From NCBI GenBank assembly GCA_003601695.1, contig PIYH01000002.1, positions 1-46,706 of the forward strand: a stretch of DNA of 46,706 nt, in the 5' to 3' direction. Below, piece after piece: positions 19,064 through 28,439 of the stretch. This stretch comes from Candidatus Bathyarchaeota archaeon (GTDB lineage: Archaea; Thermoproteota; Bathyarchaeia; Bathyarchaeales; DTEX01). Positions within the stretch are counted from its first letter, which is position 1. Each line of letters starts with the position of its first letter. Made by a program: the position numbers and the translations under genes. The notes below the pieces were generated by a model, which worked only from the letters and a program-made list of their open reading frames with translations, was not told the origin of the DNA and made no database searches.

Positions 19064-19873
19064 TTAGCGATTATGAGAAGAAAAGAGACTGTTAAGCCAA
19101 TTCAACGTTTTTTCTATAACTTCTCTTGTATGCTTCTTCTCTGTGAATGTGTGGTCTCCACCCTTAATTATGTATAACTCGTTTTTTCTGTTGAGTTTCT
19201 TAAGCATCTCGTATCCTTTGATGGATTCTTCTAGGGGGATTACTTCATCGGAGTCTCCGTGAATCATAAGGACTGGAACCTTTATCTTGTCGAGTATCTG
19301 AAGAGGCGTTGGGGAATCAAGAGTTTCGAAGAATGGCTTCCTAAGGTACCAGCCGCCTCCTATACTTATGGCTTCACCCTCTTCCAGCCTCTTCCAATCC
19401 TCTTTTTTGAGGAGGCTAAGAAATTTTTTCCTTAAAGGAATGAGTGCAGCTGAATATAAAACAATGAACTTTATGCGTTTGTCTCTTGAAGCAATAATCG
19501 CGGCGACTCTTCCTCCCATGCTTAATCCTATAACTCCTATCCTCTCAGGATCTGTGTATGGGAAGCTTAGGAGAAAACTTATCGCCCTTGAGGCATCGCT
19601 CACCTCCCTGAGAACAGTCATATCCTCGAATTCTCCGTCGCTATCGCCAGATCCTCTAAAGTCGAAACGTAATACGATGAAGCCGGCATTACATAGGGCC
19701 CTCGCAACGTGGACAAATAGCCTATGCGCCTCAGACTTGTGTCCAGTGAAGCCGTGAAGCATCACCACTGCGGGAGCGGTCTTTTCACCCTTCCCTAAGC
19801 CATCAGGCATATGGAGAATCCCGACGATGTATTCTCCCTCATTCTCAAAAACCACAGGTTTTATCATATACAT
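19064..19873 (-). CDS. Alpha/beta hydrolase
   Basis: HGFTG, RFDFRGSGDSDG, nucleophile GLSMGG, HGDSDEVIP, GGDH. Confidence 0.92.
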   Translation of the reverse strand: MYMIKPVVFENEGEYIVGILHMPDGLGKGEKTAPAVVMLHGFTGHKSEAHRLFVHVARALCNAGFIVLRFDFRGSGDSDGEFEDMTVLREVSDASRAISFLLSFPYTDPERIGVIGLSMGGRVAAIIASRDKRIKFIVLYSAALIPLRKKFLSLLKKEDWKRLEEGEAISIGGGWYLRKPFFETLDSPTPLQILDKIKVPVLMIHGDSDEVIPLEESIKGYEMLKKLNRKNELYIIKGGDHTFTEKKHTREVIEKTLNWLNSLFSSHNR

Positions 19874-19908
19874 TTCACCTTGCCAGCAAAAGATACAAAT
19901 AGAAATAA

Positions 19909-20919
19909 TTATGGTTTTTCTTTCCTAAATTTAGTGGGTATAAGATCTATTGGATACGCTTTAATATGCATTTTTTGCTCAATGTATCTAGCTAAGGTCT
20001 CATTGAAACGTCCGCCGTGGCATGTCAGCACAATTTTAGGATCGCACTCCTCCACAAACCTTATAATCCTATGGAAATCCGCATGGTCGCTTAAGGGAAA
20101 GCCTCTTCTTCTACTCCACAGAGCCCATCCGGAAACTAAGGCATCCTCGAATCCAGCGTCTGAAATCTTTATATTCTTCGGAGCCACGTAGATGAATCCT
20201 CCATGCCGCTTTATCTCTTCAGCCTCTGAGGATTGTTCATCAATGTATCGGAGGCGGAATCCATGTCGTTCATACACCATATTCATCAATGCGACCCTTG
20301 GATGAGCAATCACTGGGATATCGCATTCATTAAAAATACAGATTATTTCCTGTGCGTTTCCTAATGGATCCGCCCGAAAGAGGGGAATCCGCCCACGTTT
20401 CAGAACTCTTCCAGCCCATTCAGCCATATCTTCACCTATCTCATCCACCTTGGGAAAGACGAAGCTCGGCGAACCGAATGTTGCTTCCACAATCAGAACA
20501 TCACATTGGACAGGCTCAGCCGGCTTCATTGTCTTAGTCTTCTCCGTGTTGAAGTCTCCAGTATAAAGAATTATTCCTTCAGGAGCCCTCACCTCATACT
20601 CGAAGCTTCCAAGGACATGTCCAGAATTATGAGGGATAACTTCAACTTCGCCTATCGTGGTTTTTTCTTTGAGACTTAGCGAGAAGGAATTTTTAATGCT
20701 GAAGAAGTTGGAGACGATCTCTAGAGTCTCTTTTGAGGAGTATTTCTTAGCATTCTTTATTCTGAAAGCCGCTGAATGATCGAAGTGACCGTGAGAAACG
20801 AAAAAAACCGAGTCTTCTATGCTACTCCTTTTAGAATCTAAGACTACCTTAGCATCCTTGTATTCAATGCGGACTCCGCCGTTCCATTCTATTCTCAAAT
20901 CATCTACGCCCATCCACAA
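19909..20919 (-). CDS. MBL-fold/beta-CASP nuclease
   Basis: SHGHFDH, SGHVLGS, YTGD, VEATFG, SGW, LSDHAD, TCHG. Confidence 0.88.
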   Translation of the reverse strand: MWMGVDDLRIEWNGGVRIEYKDAKVVLDSKRSSIEDSVFFVSHGHFDHSAAFRIKNAKKYSSKETLEIVSNFFSIKNSFSLSLKEKTTIGEVEVIPHNSGHVLGSFEYEVRAPEGIILYTGDFNTEKTKTMKPAEPVQCDVLIVEATFGSPSFVFPKVDEIGEDMAEWAGRVLKRGRIPLFRADPLGNAQEIICIFNECDIPVIAHPRVALMNMVYERHGFRLRYIDEQSSEAEEIKRHGGFIYVAPKNIKISDAGFEDALVSGWALWSRRRGFPLSDHADFHRIIRFVEECDPKIVLTCHGGRFNETLARYIEQKMHIKAYPIDLIPTKFRKEKP

Positions 20920-21001
20920 ATATCTTCCAGCTTAAATTAGAGTTTCGATGAAACATTAAATATTTTCAATGATCATAGCCTTAAAGCAGGAGGAGTAAGC
21001 G

Positions 21002-22153
21002 TTGGTTACGAAAGATGAGATCGCTAAATGCGCCGAGGCTATTGTTAATGGAACCAGCATCAAGAAAGAAGAAGCCGTTATAATTCGAGGCGGAGTACAT
21101 GTACAGGAACTCCTCGAGGAAATAGGCATTCTATGCTATAAGAGAGGAGCCCACCCGTTGATCATCTCATTAAGTGATGAATATTCAGCTCGTGTATATG
21201 AGGAAGTGCCAACTGAAATTTTAGAGGTAACTCCAAAACATTACCTCGCAGCTGTCAAGGAGGCTGACGCATACATAGTCGTCGAGCCATTTAAGGATCC
21301 CAGAGTCCAGACAAGGTTCCCACGCGAAAAAGTAGCTGCCAAGACGAAGGCTAACGTTCCCATAAGAAAACTATTACACGGGGAGGAAGGCCCGGGGAAG
21401 AAATGGACGTATGCTGGATGGCCGACTCATGAAGCTGCAGAATTCTACGGTGTCGAATATGAAGTTCTAGAGAGACTCATAATTGGCGGAATTGCTGTGC
21501 CCACATCTATTCTTAAAGGTTACATTTCAAGGCTGGCTGAGAAGCTTAGAGAAGCCGATATTCTCCACGTGACAGATGAGAAGGGTACGGATTTCATATG
21601 CAAAATAAAGGGCAGACGAATAAACGAGGATGATGGAGTGATTGATGAATATGATATTAAAGTCGGCGACACGGGAAACAACTTACCTGCTGGTGAGGTC
21701 TTTATTGCTCCTCACGAGACCTTTGGGGAAGGAATTCTCTTTTGCCCAGTAACAATAGATAGATTAACAAACAAGATTATTAGAGATGCGACTTTAAAAT
21801 TCAAGGATGGTAGACTCATCTTAAATGAATGCTCCGCGAGGGTTAATGGAGAGGAGATGATTGATTCATTCAGGAGATGCATAGAGATCGATAGAGCTAA
21901 TGAACGTGAAGTTAGGACGACAAATATTGCTGAGCTTGGGATAGGATGCAACCCTGCAATCAACAGGGCAATAGGATATATTCTAACAGATGAGAAACTC
22001 GGGGGCTCCGTACACCTTGCCTTCGGATCTAATCTAAGCTATGGTGGAACATCTAAATCTTGCATGCATTGGGACTTCGTAACTGATTCCTCAGCAACTA
22101 TAGAGATTGCGGATACCGGAGAAGTAATTATGAAGAAGGGAAAGATACAGTAA
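21002..22153 (+). CDS. M29-family aminopeptidase
   Basis: GTD, NLPAGEVF.AP, IAELGIG.N, DEK..GSVHLAFG, HWD. Confidence 0.9.
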   Translation: MVTKDEIAKCAEAIVNGTSIKKEEAVIIRGGVHVQELLEEIGILCYKRGAHPLIISLSDEYSARVYEEVPTEILEVTPKHYLAAVKEADAYIVVEPFKDPRVQTRFPREKVAAKTKANVPIRKLLHGEEGPGKKWTYAGWPTHEAAEFYGVEYEVLERLIIGGIAVPTSILKGYISRLAEKLREADILHVTDEKGTDFICKIKGRRINEDDGVIDEYDIKVGDTGNNLPAGEVFIAPHETFGEGILFCPVTIDRLTNKIIRDATLKFKDGRLILNECSARVNGEEMIDSFRRCIEIDRANEREVRTTNIAELGIGCNPAINRAIGYILTDEKLGGSVHLAFGSNLSYGGTSKSCMHWDFVTDSSATIEIADTGEVIMKKGKIQ

Positions 22154-22242
22154 AGTTTTTAATACCTTATTTTAAGAAAGCATTATATTCCACAATATTT
22201 CACATAGGTATAATCTTTAAAATGCTCTGAAAAATGTAGAGC

Positions 22243-23619
22243 GTGAATATTTTGAAGACAATAGTCGGAATAGATGATATGGCCGCCTACGTTCCAAAGC
22301 TCTATGTAGACGCTAAGGATCTAGCTGAGGCTAGGGGAATACCCCCAGACAAAATTACGAAGGGATTAGGCATAGAGAATCTATCCATCCCAGATGTGCA
22401 TGAGGATGCTGCAACGATGGCGGCTATGGCAACGCTTAAGCTAATGGAGAAAAATGACCTTTCACCAAAAGATATAGACTTCATCGAGGTGGCGACTGAA
22501 ACGAGTCCGGATGCTTCTAAACCCATATCATGCTATGTTCAAGGCATGCTTGAACAGGTTTATGGTAAAGGAAGCTTCAACCATATAGGTGCTCCCGAGA
22601 CAAAATTTGCATGCGTAGGTGCCACATATGCTCTTATAGACCGCCTAGCGTATATAGCTTCGGGCTGGAATAAAGCTGAGTATTCGATTGTGGTTGCAAC
22701 GGATATTGCAAAGTATGATCTTAACTCCTCCGGGGAGCCGACTCAGGGAGCGGCGGCGATCGCTTTGCTCTTGAAGAAGGATCCTCGTCTGTTGGCATAT
22801 GAATCTGAATTCACGGGCTTCGGAACAATTGATGATAGAGACTTCTTTAGGCCTGTGGAGCGTAAGACGGCCGTTGTTAACGGTCGGTACTCTATAGGCT
22901 GCTATTTAAGGGACATGCGGATCGCTACGGATGCTTACCGGCGAAACATGATGAAGCTTGGGGTTCTTAATCCTCTAGGAGGAAGCCTATCAGAAAAGAT
23001 CGATCTGGCCTCGTTTCATTCTCCATTCCCGAAGATGGTTCAATACGCCTTCGCATCCTTTCTAATCCATGATTGGAGAAATCTTCCGAAATGGAAGAAG
23101 ATAATGGAGGCTATAGGACCCGAACCGAGCAGGGAAGGATTAACAGATGTTGAATTCTACATCTCCGAGAAGTATAGGGAATTCAGGAGAAGATTCGCTA
23201 AAACTGAGGAGTTTAGAAGAGAATACGAGGTCAAGATAAAAGACTCGCTTGAGGCTCTCAGACAAATCGGGAACGCATATACCGCCTCAGTCTGGCTTGG
23301 AGTTAACAGCCACTTCGAGATGAGAAATGATGACCTCGCCGGAAAAAGGTTTGGGATAGGCTCTTACGGAAGCGGAAGCAGCGCTGTCGTCTGTAGCTTC
23401 ATCATTCAGCCCGAGTATAAGGAAGTAGTTAAGAAGTTTAACTTAATGCAGATGTTGAAAGAAAGAAAACGAATATCCATCGATGTATATGAGGATTTAC
23501 ATGAGGAGAGGCTTAAGTTCCATGAAAGCGTGATTCCTCCAAAGAACGAGTTTGCGCTTGTCTCATTCGGGAAGACAGATATCGATTATGGATATCGCTA
23601 CTATAAGTATATAAGATAA
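22243..23619 (+). CDS. hmgB: Hydroxymethylglutaryl-CoA synthase (long form)
   Basis: VGID, ATET..D.SK, catalytic Cys in KFACVG, DIAKY, GEPTQGA, DFFRP, FHSPF.KM, GNAYTAS, SYGSG. Confidence 0.92.
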   Translation: MNILKTIVGIDDMAAYVPKLYVDAKDLAEARGIPPDKITKGLGIENLSIPDVHEDAATMAAMATLKLMEKNDLSPKDIDFIEVATETSPDASKPISCYVQGMLEQVYGKGSFNHIGAPETKFACVGATYALIDRLAYIASGWNKAEYSIVVATDIAKYDLNSSGEPTQGAAAIALLLKKDPRLLAYESEFTGFGTIDDRDFFRPVERKTAVVNGRYSIGCYLRDMRIATDAYRRNMMKLGVLNPLGGSLSEKIDLASFHSPFPKMVQYAFASFLIHDWRNLPKWKKIMEAIGPEPSREGLTDVEFYISEKYREFRRRFAKTEEFRREYEVKIKDSLEALRQIGNAYTASVWLGVNSHFEMRNDDLAGKRFGIGSYGSGSSAVVCSFIIQPEYKEVVKKFNLMQMLKERKRISIDVYEDLHEERLKFHESVIPPKNEFALVSFGKTDIDYGYRYYKYIR

Positions 23620-24257
23620 GCGGAGCTTCGTTTTCCCACATAACTACTGTCTTTTTTACTCTCAGATGGGACGAATTCTTTCCCAAAGATTATCAGTATA
23701 TTGATTGGTCTTCATGTCTGCATGCTTTATTGCTCATTTACAGATGTAAGAAGAAACTCTTGTAGATAAATTCACTAAATATGAGATTTACGTCTTTCAC
23801 CGGAAAAGGATAGATGTGAACTGAGTCTTCCATCTTTATTCACAATGAAGATCCATCTAGATATTTCCCGTATAATAAGATGAAAGGGATGCCATAAAAA
23901 ATAAGCCGCGCATTTTCGCTGGAGATTTAATTCCATTCTGCTTCAAGTTATTTTCTAAGAAATATAGTTTTAACCTCTAGCTCCTTAAACGGGTTCTTAA
24001 TGCGCTCCTCAACTGGATGATTCTCTCTCCATAACTTTTCCCATCATGCTAGGCTTATTCCTAGCTTCGTTGATACTTAAGGAGAAATTAGATACTAGGA
24101 GAATTAGGATTAGGAGGAAGCGATCTTATAGATTCTGCGGATGTAGATTTCCTCCATACTAGTCAGGATTCTCTTCGAGGTCAAAGAAATAAAAATAAAA
24201 GCTAACATTTATAAGTGGCGCTGATTTCTCCGCTTTGAGGGTAGAGGCCGTAATAGA

Positions 24258-24671
24258 TCATTTAGCCTCTCTGAGCGAGGCCTTCGCCTTCACAGCCCTC
24301 AATATAGACTTCACCTGCTCATCTGTTAGGGGATATCCATGGAGATACTTTCCTCTAGCTTCAACAGCTGATAATACCGTGTCTTTAACTGGAACTGGAG
24401 GATCTATTCTATAGAGTTTATTGAAGATTAAGATGCCCCTCCACCTCATCTCCTCACATATTCTTCGCTCATCCTCTGGCAATTCTTTTTTCTCCACGAA
24501 CTCCTTAATAATTCCGTATCCCACCAATGAATCGGCTTCCTCTGTTTTATGAACCAAAAAAACTATGTCTCCTGAGTTCCATCTTCTCGGAACCCCAAGA
24601 AAATATCTCTTTGTTGAAAAAACCTGCCGACACCACTCTTCCTTAACGATCCGTAAGATGTAACTCTTCAT
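24258..24671 (-). CDS. EVE/PUA-like domain protein
   Basis: 137 aa; GDIVFL...VGYGII...PPVPVKD...LTDEQ..IL pattern resembles EVE/ASCH-PUA domains. Confidence 0.55.
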   Translation of the reverse strand: MKSYILRIVKEEWCRQVFSTKRYFLGVPRRWNSGDIVFLVHKTEEADSLVGYGIIKEFVEKKELPEDERRICEEMRWRGILIFNKLYRIDPPVPVKDTVLSAVEARGKYLHGYPLTDEQVKSILRAVKAKASLREAK

Positions 24672-24705
24672 TAAACCTCACCATTAATTTGTAGTATTGA
24701 ACATC

Positions 24706-26190
24706 TTATAGAGGCGGTCTAAACTCATTATATCTAGTATTCTGCTCGAACGTATATGCAACTCTTAGGAGAGTTCCCTCATCAAAGGGCTTGCCTATGA
24801 TCTGCATCCCAACTGGGAGACCTCTTCTGAACCCGGAGGGCACAGATAACGCTGGGTAACCTGTTAAGTTAGCTGGAACTGTTAGGATGTCACACATGTA
24901 AAGCTTCAGAGGGTCATCTATTCGTTCACCTATATTGAATGGCAGAAGAGGCATAGTAGGCCCTATTACGACATCCGCATCTTTGAAGACCCTCTCAAAG
25001 TCTCTACGAATCAACGTTCTTATCTTAAGGGCCTTCAAGTAGTACTGTTCGAAGTATCCAGCTGAGAGAGCGTATGTGCCGAGGATTATCCTCCTCCTAA
25101 CCTCGGCTCCGAAGCCTATTCTCCTATTCCTTGAGAAAACCTCATCAAAGTTTCCTTCATCGTTCTCGTCGCGGTATCCGTAGCGTAAACCGTCATATCT
25201 GGCAAGGTTTGAGCTAGCCTCCGACATTGCAATTATGTAATATGCTGGGAGAACGTATCTCATCGCTGGAATTGAAGCCTCGTAGCATGATGCGCCGAGC
25301 TCTTCAAGCTTGCCAACGGCTTCCAGCACGGGTTCTTTCACATCTTCCTCCACACCTTCCCCAAAGAACTCCTTCGGCAACCCTATTCTTAAGCCCTTAA
25401 TATCGCCTATTAGATATTTCAAGTAATTTTTACGTGGAATTCTCAAAGAGGTACTGTCTCTGCTGTCATGTCCACTTATAACTGAGAGAAGCAAAGCACA
25501 GTCACGGACAGTCCTAGTTATGGGTCCTATCTGTTCGAGGCTGTTAGCGTATGATATTAATCCATATCGGCTGACAAGTCCATAAGTAGGCTTTAATCCA
25601 ACGTCTGAACAGTAACTCGCCGGGCACCTTATTGAGCCGCCTGTATCCGAGCCCAGAGCCACGGTGGCTTCTTCGGCTATCACGGCTGCGGCGCTTCCCC
25701 CCGATGAGCCTCCGGGCACCTTATCAAGGTTCCATGGATTACGGGTAGCTCCAAAGTAGCTTGTCTCCGTCGTCGAACCCATCGCAAACTCATCCATATT
25801 TGTCTTCCCAATGATTATCGCATCAGATGCCTTAAGCCTCTCAATAACGGTTGCATCATATGGTGGAACAAAATTTTCAAGCATGCGCGATGAACATGTT
25901 GTCCGTATGCCCTTTGTGCATATATTATCTTTTACCGCCACCACTACTCCCGCTAACGGTCCAAGCTTCTCTCCTCTTCTCGCCTTTTCATCTATCTCCC
26001 TAGCTCCTGCTACTGCTTCTTCTCTAGCTATTGTCACGTAAGCGTGAACCTTTTCGTCCACATAACCTATCCTTTCAAGGATAGAGTGTAAATATTCCTG
26101 GGCGGATATCTCTTGGCTTCTAACCTTATCCCGAATCTCTGCGGCTGTCATCTCGTAAATCCTAGACAATGAGAACTCCTCCATCCTCAA
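24706..26190 (-). CDS. gatA: Asp/Glu-tRNA amidotransferase subunit A
   Basis: VKDNI, GKTNMDEFAMGS, PGGSSGGS, GSDTGGSIR, SSNLARYDGLRYG, EVRRRI.LGT. Confidence 0.97.
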   Translation of the reverse strand: MRMEEFSLSRIYEMTAAEIRDKVRSQEISAQEYLHSILERIGYVDEKVHAYVTIAREEAVAGAREIDEKARRGEKLGPLAGVVVAVKDNICTKGIRTTCSSRMLENFVPPYDATVIERLKASDAIIIGKTNMDEFAMGSTTETSYFGATRNPWNLDKVPGGSSGGSAAAVIAEEATVALGSDTGGSIRCPASYCSDVGLKPTYGLVSRYGLISYANSLEQIGPITRTVRDCALLLSVISGHDSRDSTSLRIPRKNYLKYLIGDIKGLRIGLPKEFFGEGVEEDVKEPVLEAVGKLEELGASCYEASIPAMRYVLPAYYIIAMSEASSNLARYDGLRYGYRDENDEGNFDEVFSRNRRIGFGAEVRRRIILGTYALSAGYFEQYYLKALKIRTLIRRDFERVFKDADVVIGPTMPLLPFNIGERIDDPLKLYMCDILTVPANLTGYPALSVPSGFRRGLPVGMQIIGKPFDEGTLLRVAYTFEQNTRYNEFRPPL

Positions 26191-26483
26191 ACTATTCTTG
26201 GAGACTTGAAGAACCTGCCTTCCTTTTTCGGCGCGTTCCTTAATGGCTCATTTCCTTTCACAGATTCATAAACCTCGTCTTCCCGGTAAACATTAACTAA
26301 GTCAAGAACATGAAATGTCGGTGGAACATCTTCAGTATCAGCTTCATCTATCATGCTGAAGTATTCTAGAATGCGATTAAACTGTTCAGCGAAGACTATC
26401 TCCTCTTCCTTAGTAAGTTCTATATGTGCGAGCTCGGCGATATGTCTAACCTCCTCAACTGGTATTCGGTGGCTACCACTCAT
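26187..26483 (-). CDS. gatC: Asp/Glu-tRNA amidotransferase subunit C
   Basis: EVRHIAELAHI.L, NVYRED, NAP....FFKSPRI; 4-bp overlap with gatA. Confidence 0.93.
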   Translation of the reverse strand: MSGSHRIPVEEVRHIAELAHIELTKEEEIVFAEQFNRILEYFSMIDEADTEDVPPTFHVLDLVNVYREDEVYESVKGNEPLRNAPKKEGRFFKSPRIV

Positions 26484-26697
26484 CTAACTCCCTCTCTAAA
26501 TCCCAGATTGAGAAAAAGATTAGAGGATACTTTTAAAGATTCATGAGGCTCATCAGAGGTTTAAGGTTCTCTAGGCTTGCAATTATCTCCTTAATCTTTA
26601 GCTCATGAAATTTTCTTGTCCGCTTCTCTCGAAATATCTATTTCTTTCCTCAATTCCTAATCCTCCGAAATCTACAAAATAATGTCTTTCATCTATT

Positions 26698-28329
26698 TTA
26701 ACGCGTTATTTCATTCAGGCGAGAAACTAACGTTTGTAGCTCCTCGCTGGAAAGCCATCCTTCTTCCGATAGTTCCTGCAAGCCCTTCTTAACTTCTCGA
26801 CGGAAAAACCTCTTCTTAAGCATATTCGTCTTCACACATATCTTCAAAACCCTATCTTCCAGCATGGAATTCTGTTGTATTGAATTTACAAACTCGTTCA
26901 GCAGATTCGTGATTGATGCGGAATATTCTTGCAACATAGATCTTACGGCGTAAGGACGTAATGCACTTTTTATCTTGCTCACTCCTCTCATTGTATTTGC
27001 GGTTGAAGACGGAAAGACTACATATCTCTTCTTTAAGTCTCGAGTATAACATACAAGGAAGAATGGCATGCGCGCTAGCGTTATCCTCCTCTTTCGAAGC
27101 GGATATCCCATCTCTCTTATTTCTTTCAGAGCTAGATTCCTTGCCTCTATCATCCCGTTTATCTGCCCGATTATCCCCGAAGTTAGCTTCTCAAGCGATT
27201 CTATAGCCTCCTGCCTTATCCTTATCTTTGCGTCACGTGCAGCTTCAAGCCTCTTAACCTCCGCCATATACTTTTCAGCCTCAGAAGCATATTCAGACTT
27301 AAAACGGGAGATCTCAGATCTCAGCATGGAGTTTATTTCTTTAATCTTGCCCTCTATCTCCTTAAGCCTTTTACCGATCTGTAAAAGCCTCAGCCGGGAA
27401 GCTTTGAGCTCGCGGTTCCAATACTCCTCTTGCTTTTCATCCCTTCTTTTATGAGCCATGGAAACCTGACTCTTACATTCCTCTATGTAAGTCTTTAGTC
27501 TATCTCTCTCAGCTTGGAGCTCAGCACCCTCTCCTGAGAGAGTCTGTATCTTCCGATCGGTCTCCTCAGATACCTTAAGGATCTTCTCATCATAGATCTT
27601 CCTTATCTCCTCCGTCTTTTTCACTATCTTCGACGTCAGATTGCTGACTTCAGCATCACTCTGTCGCTTAATCTTTTCAATCTCAAGCTTAACTGCACTG
27701 ATGTGTCTCTCGGTTATCTTCATCAGCATCTTTGCTATCCGGCTTAGTCTCTTAACATCATTCTCCAGAGCCTTTTCGAATCTTTGGAGCTCCTCGATGG
27801 ACGACTTAACAGCCGAATAGTCCATAACTAGTGGCAACGTCACTTTCTTCGAGAGATCCTTAGCGCGCTTCGCTCTTGGGAGAATGGAGAAAATATCGCT
27901 CATAAGATCTTTATCCATTATGAGACCTTTAATAAGCTTCTGAGATTTCCCTGAAAACTTCTCGAAGTAGTTTGAGTTATGAGAGAGAAAAGCGGAGTAT
28001 GTCTCTAACTTTCTAGAGCTTCCCTTCATCTCTTGAATGAAGACATTCGAGTCGGGAAGAATGCTGAATGAAATTGTATGGCTTTTGAGATCGAGTCCGT
28101 CAAATAGAAGTGTTCTCCCCCTCCACGGAACAAACCAGAAGGGATAGTGGATCTCTGAAATGAATAACATTTCCTCTGCAGGCTTTTTCGAGATTAAACC
28201 TCCACCCTTATCTCTAGTGAGCTCAGCTAATGAAAAAACCGCGGCTAGCTCCACTCTTCTCTTTAATGGAACCTTCCTATCCTCTGATGGGATCGTGAAG
28301 GGGAACACTGTATTAGTTATACTCATCAC
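26698..28329 (-). CDS. Hypothetical protein with long central coiled coil
   Basis: 543 aa; globular N- and C-terminal parts flank roughly 230 aa of heptad repeats; no P-loop; promoter motif upstream. Confidence 0.8.
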   Translation of the reverse strand: MMSITNTVFPFTIPSEDRKVPLKRRVELAAVFSLAELTRDKGGGLISKKPAEEMLFISEIHYPFWFVPWRGRTLLFDGLDLKSHTISFSILPDSNVFIQEMKGSSRKLETYSAFLSHNSNYFEKFSGKSQKLIKGLIMDKDLMSDIFSILPRAKRAKDLSKKVTLPLVMDYSAVKSSIEELQRFEKALENDVKRLSRIAKMLMKITERHISAVKLEIEKIKRQSDAEVSNLTSKIVKKTEEIRKIYDEKILKVSEETDRKIQTLSGEGAELQAERDRLKTYIEECKSQVSMAHKRRDEKQEEYWNRELKASRLRLLQIGKRLKEIEGKIKEINSMLRSEISRFKSEYASEAEKYMAEVKRLEAARDAKIRIRQEAIESLEKLTSGIIGQINGMIEARNLALKEIREMGYPLRKRRITLARMPFFLVCYTRDLKKRYVVFPSSTANTMRGVSKIKSALRPYAVRSMLQEYSASITNLLNEFVNSIQQNSMLEDRVLKICVKTNMLKKRFFRREVKKGLQELSEEGWLSSEELQTLVSRLNEITR

Positions 28330-28368
28330 AAGGACACCAGATCTTTTTCATAGTTAGATAAGCGATTC

Positions 28369-28378
28369 TTAAATCTTT
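28369..28378 (-). promoter_or_regulatory. BRE/TATA promoter element (AAAGATTTAA)
   Basis: 40 nt upstream of the 28329 start; the same 10-mer precedes three other minus-strand genes. Confidence 0.6.
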
Positions 28379-28439
28379 TTCTCAACTCTTTGAATAATCC
28401 TTTGTTTCACGCGATTATAATTCTTTCTGAGAGACAAAT

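Noticed and set aside
26536..26697. Short open stretches on the minus strand between the coiled-coil gene and gatC
   Set aside because: No start codon or RBS, under 40 aa, and no recognisable family.
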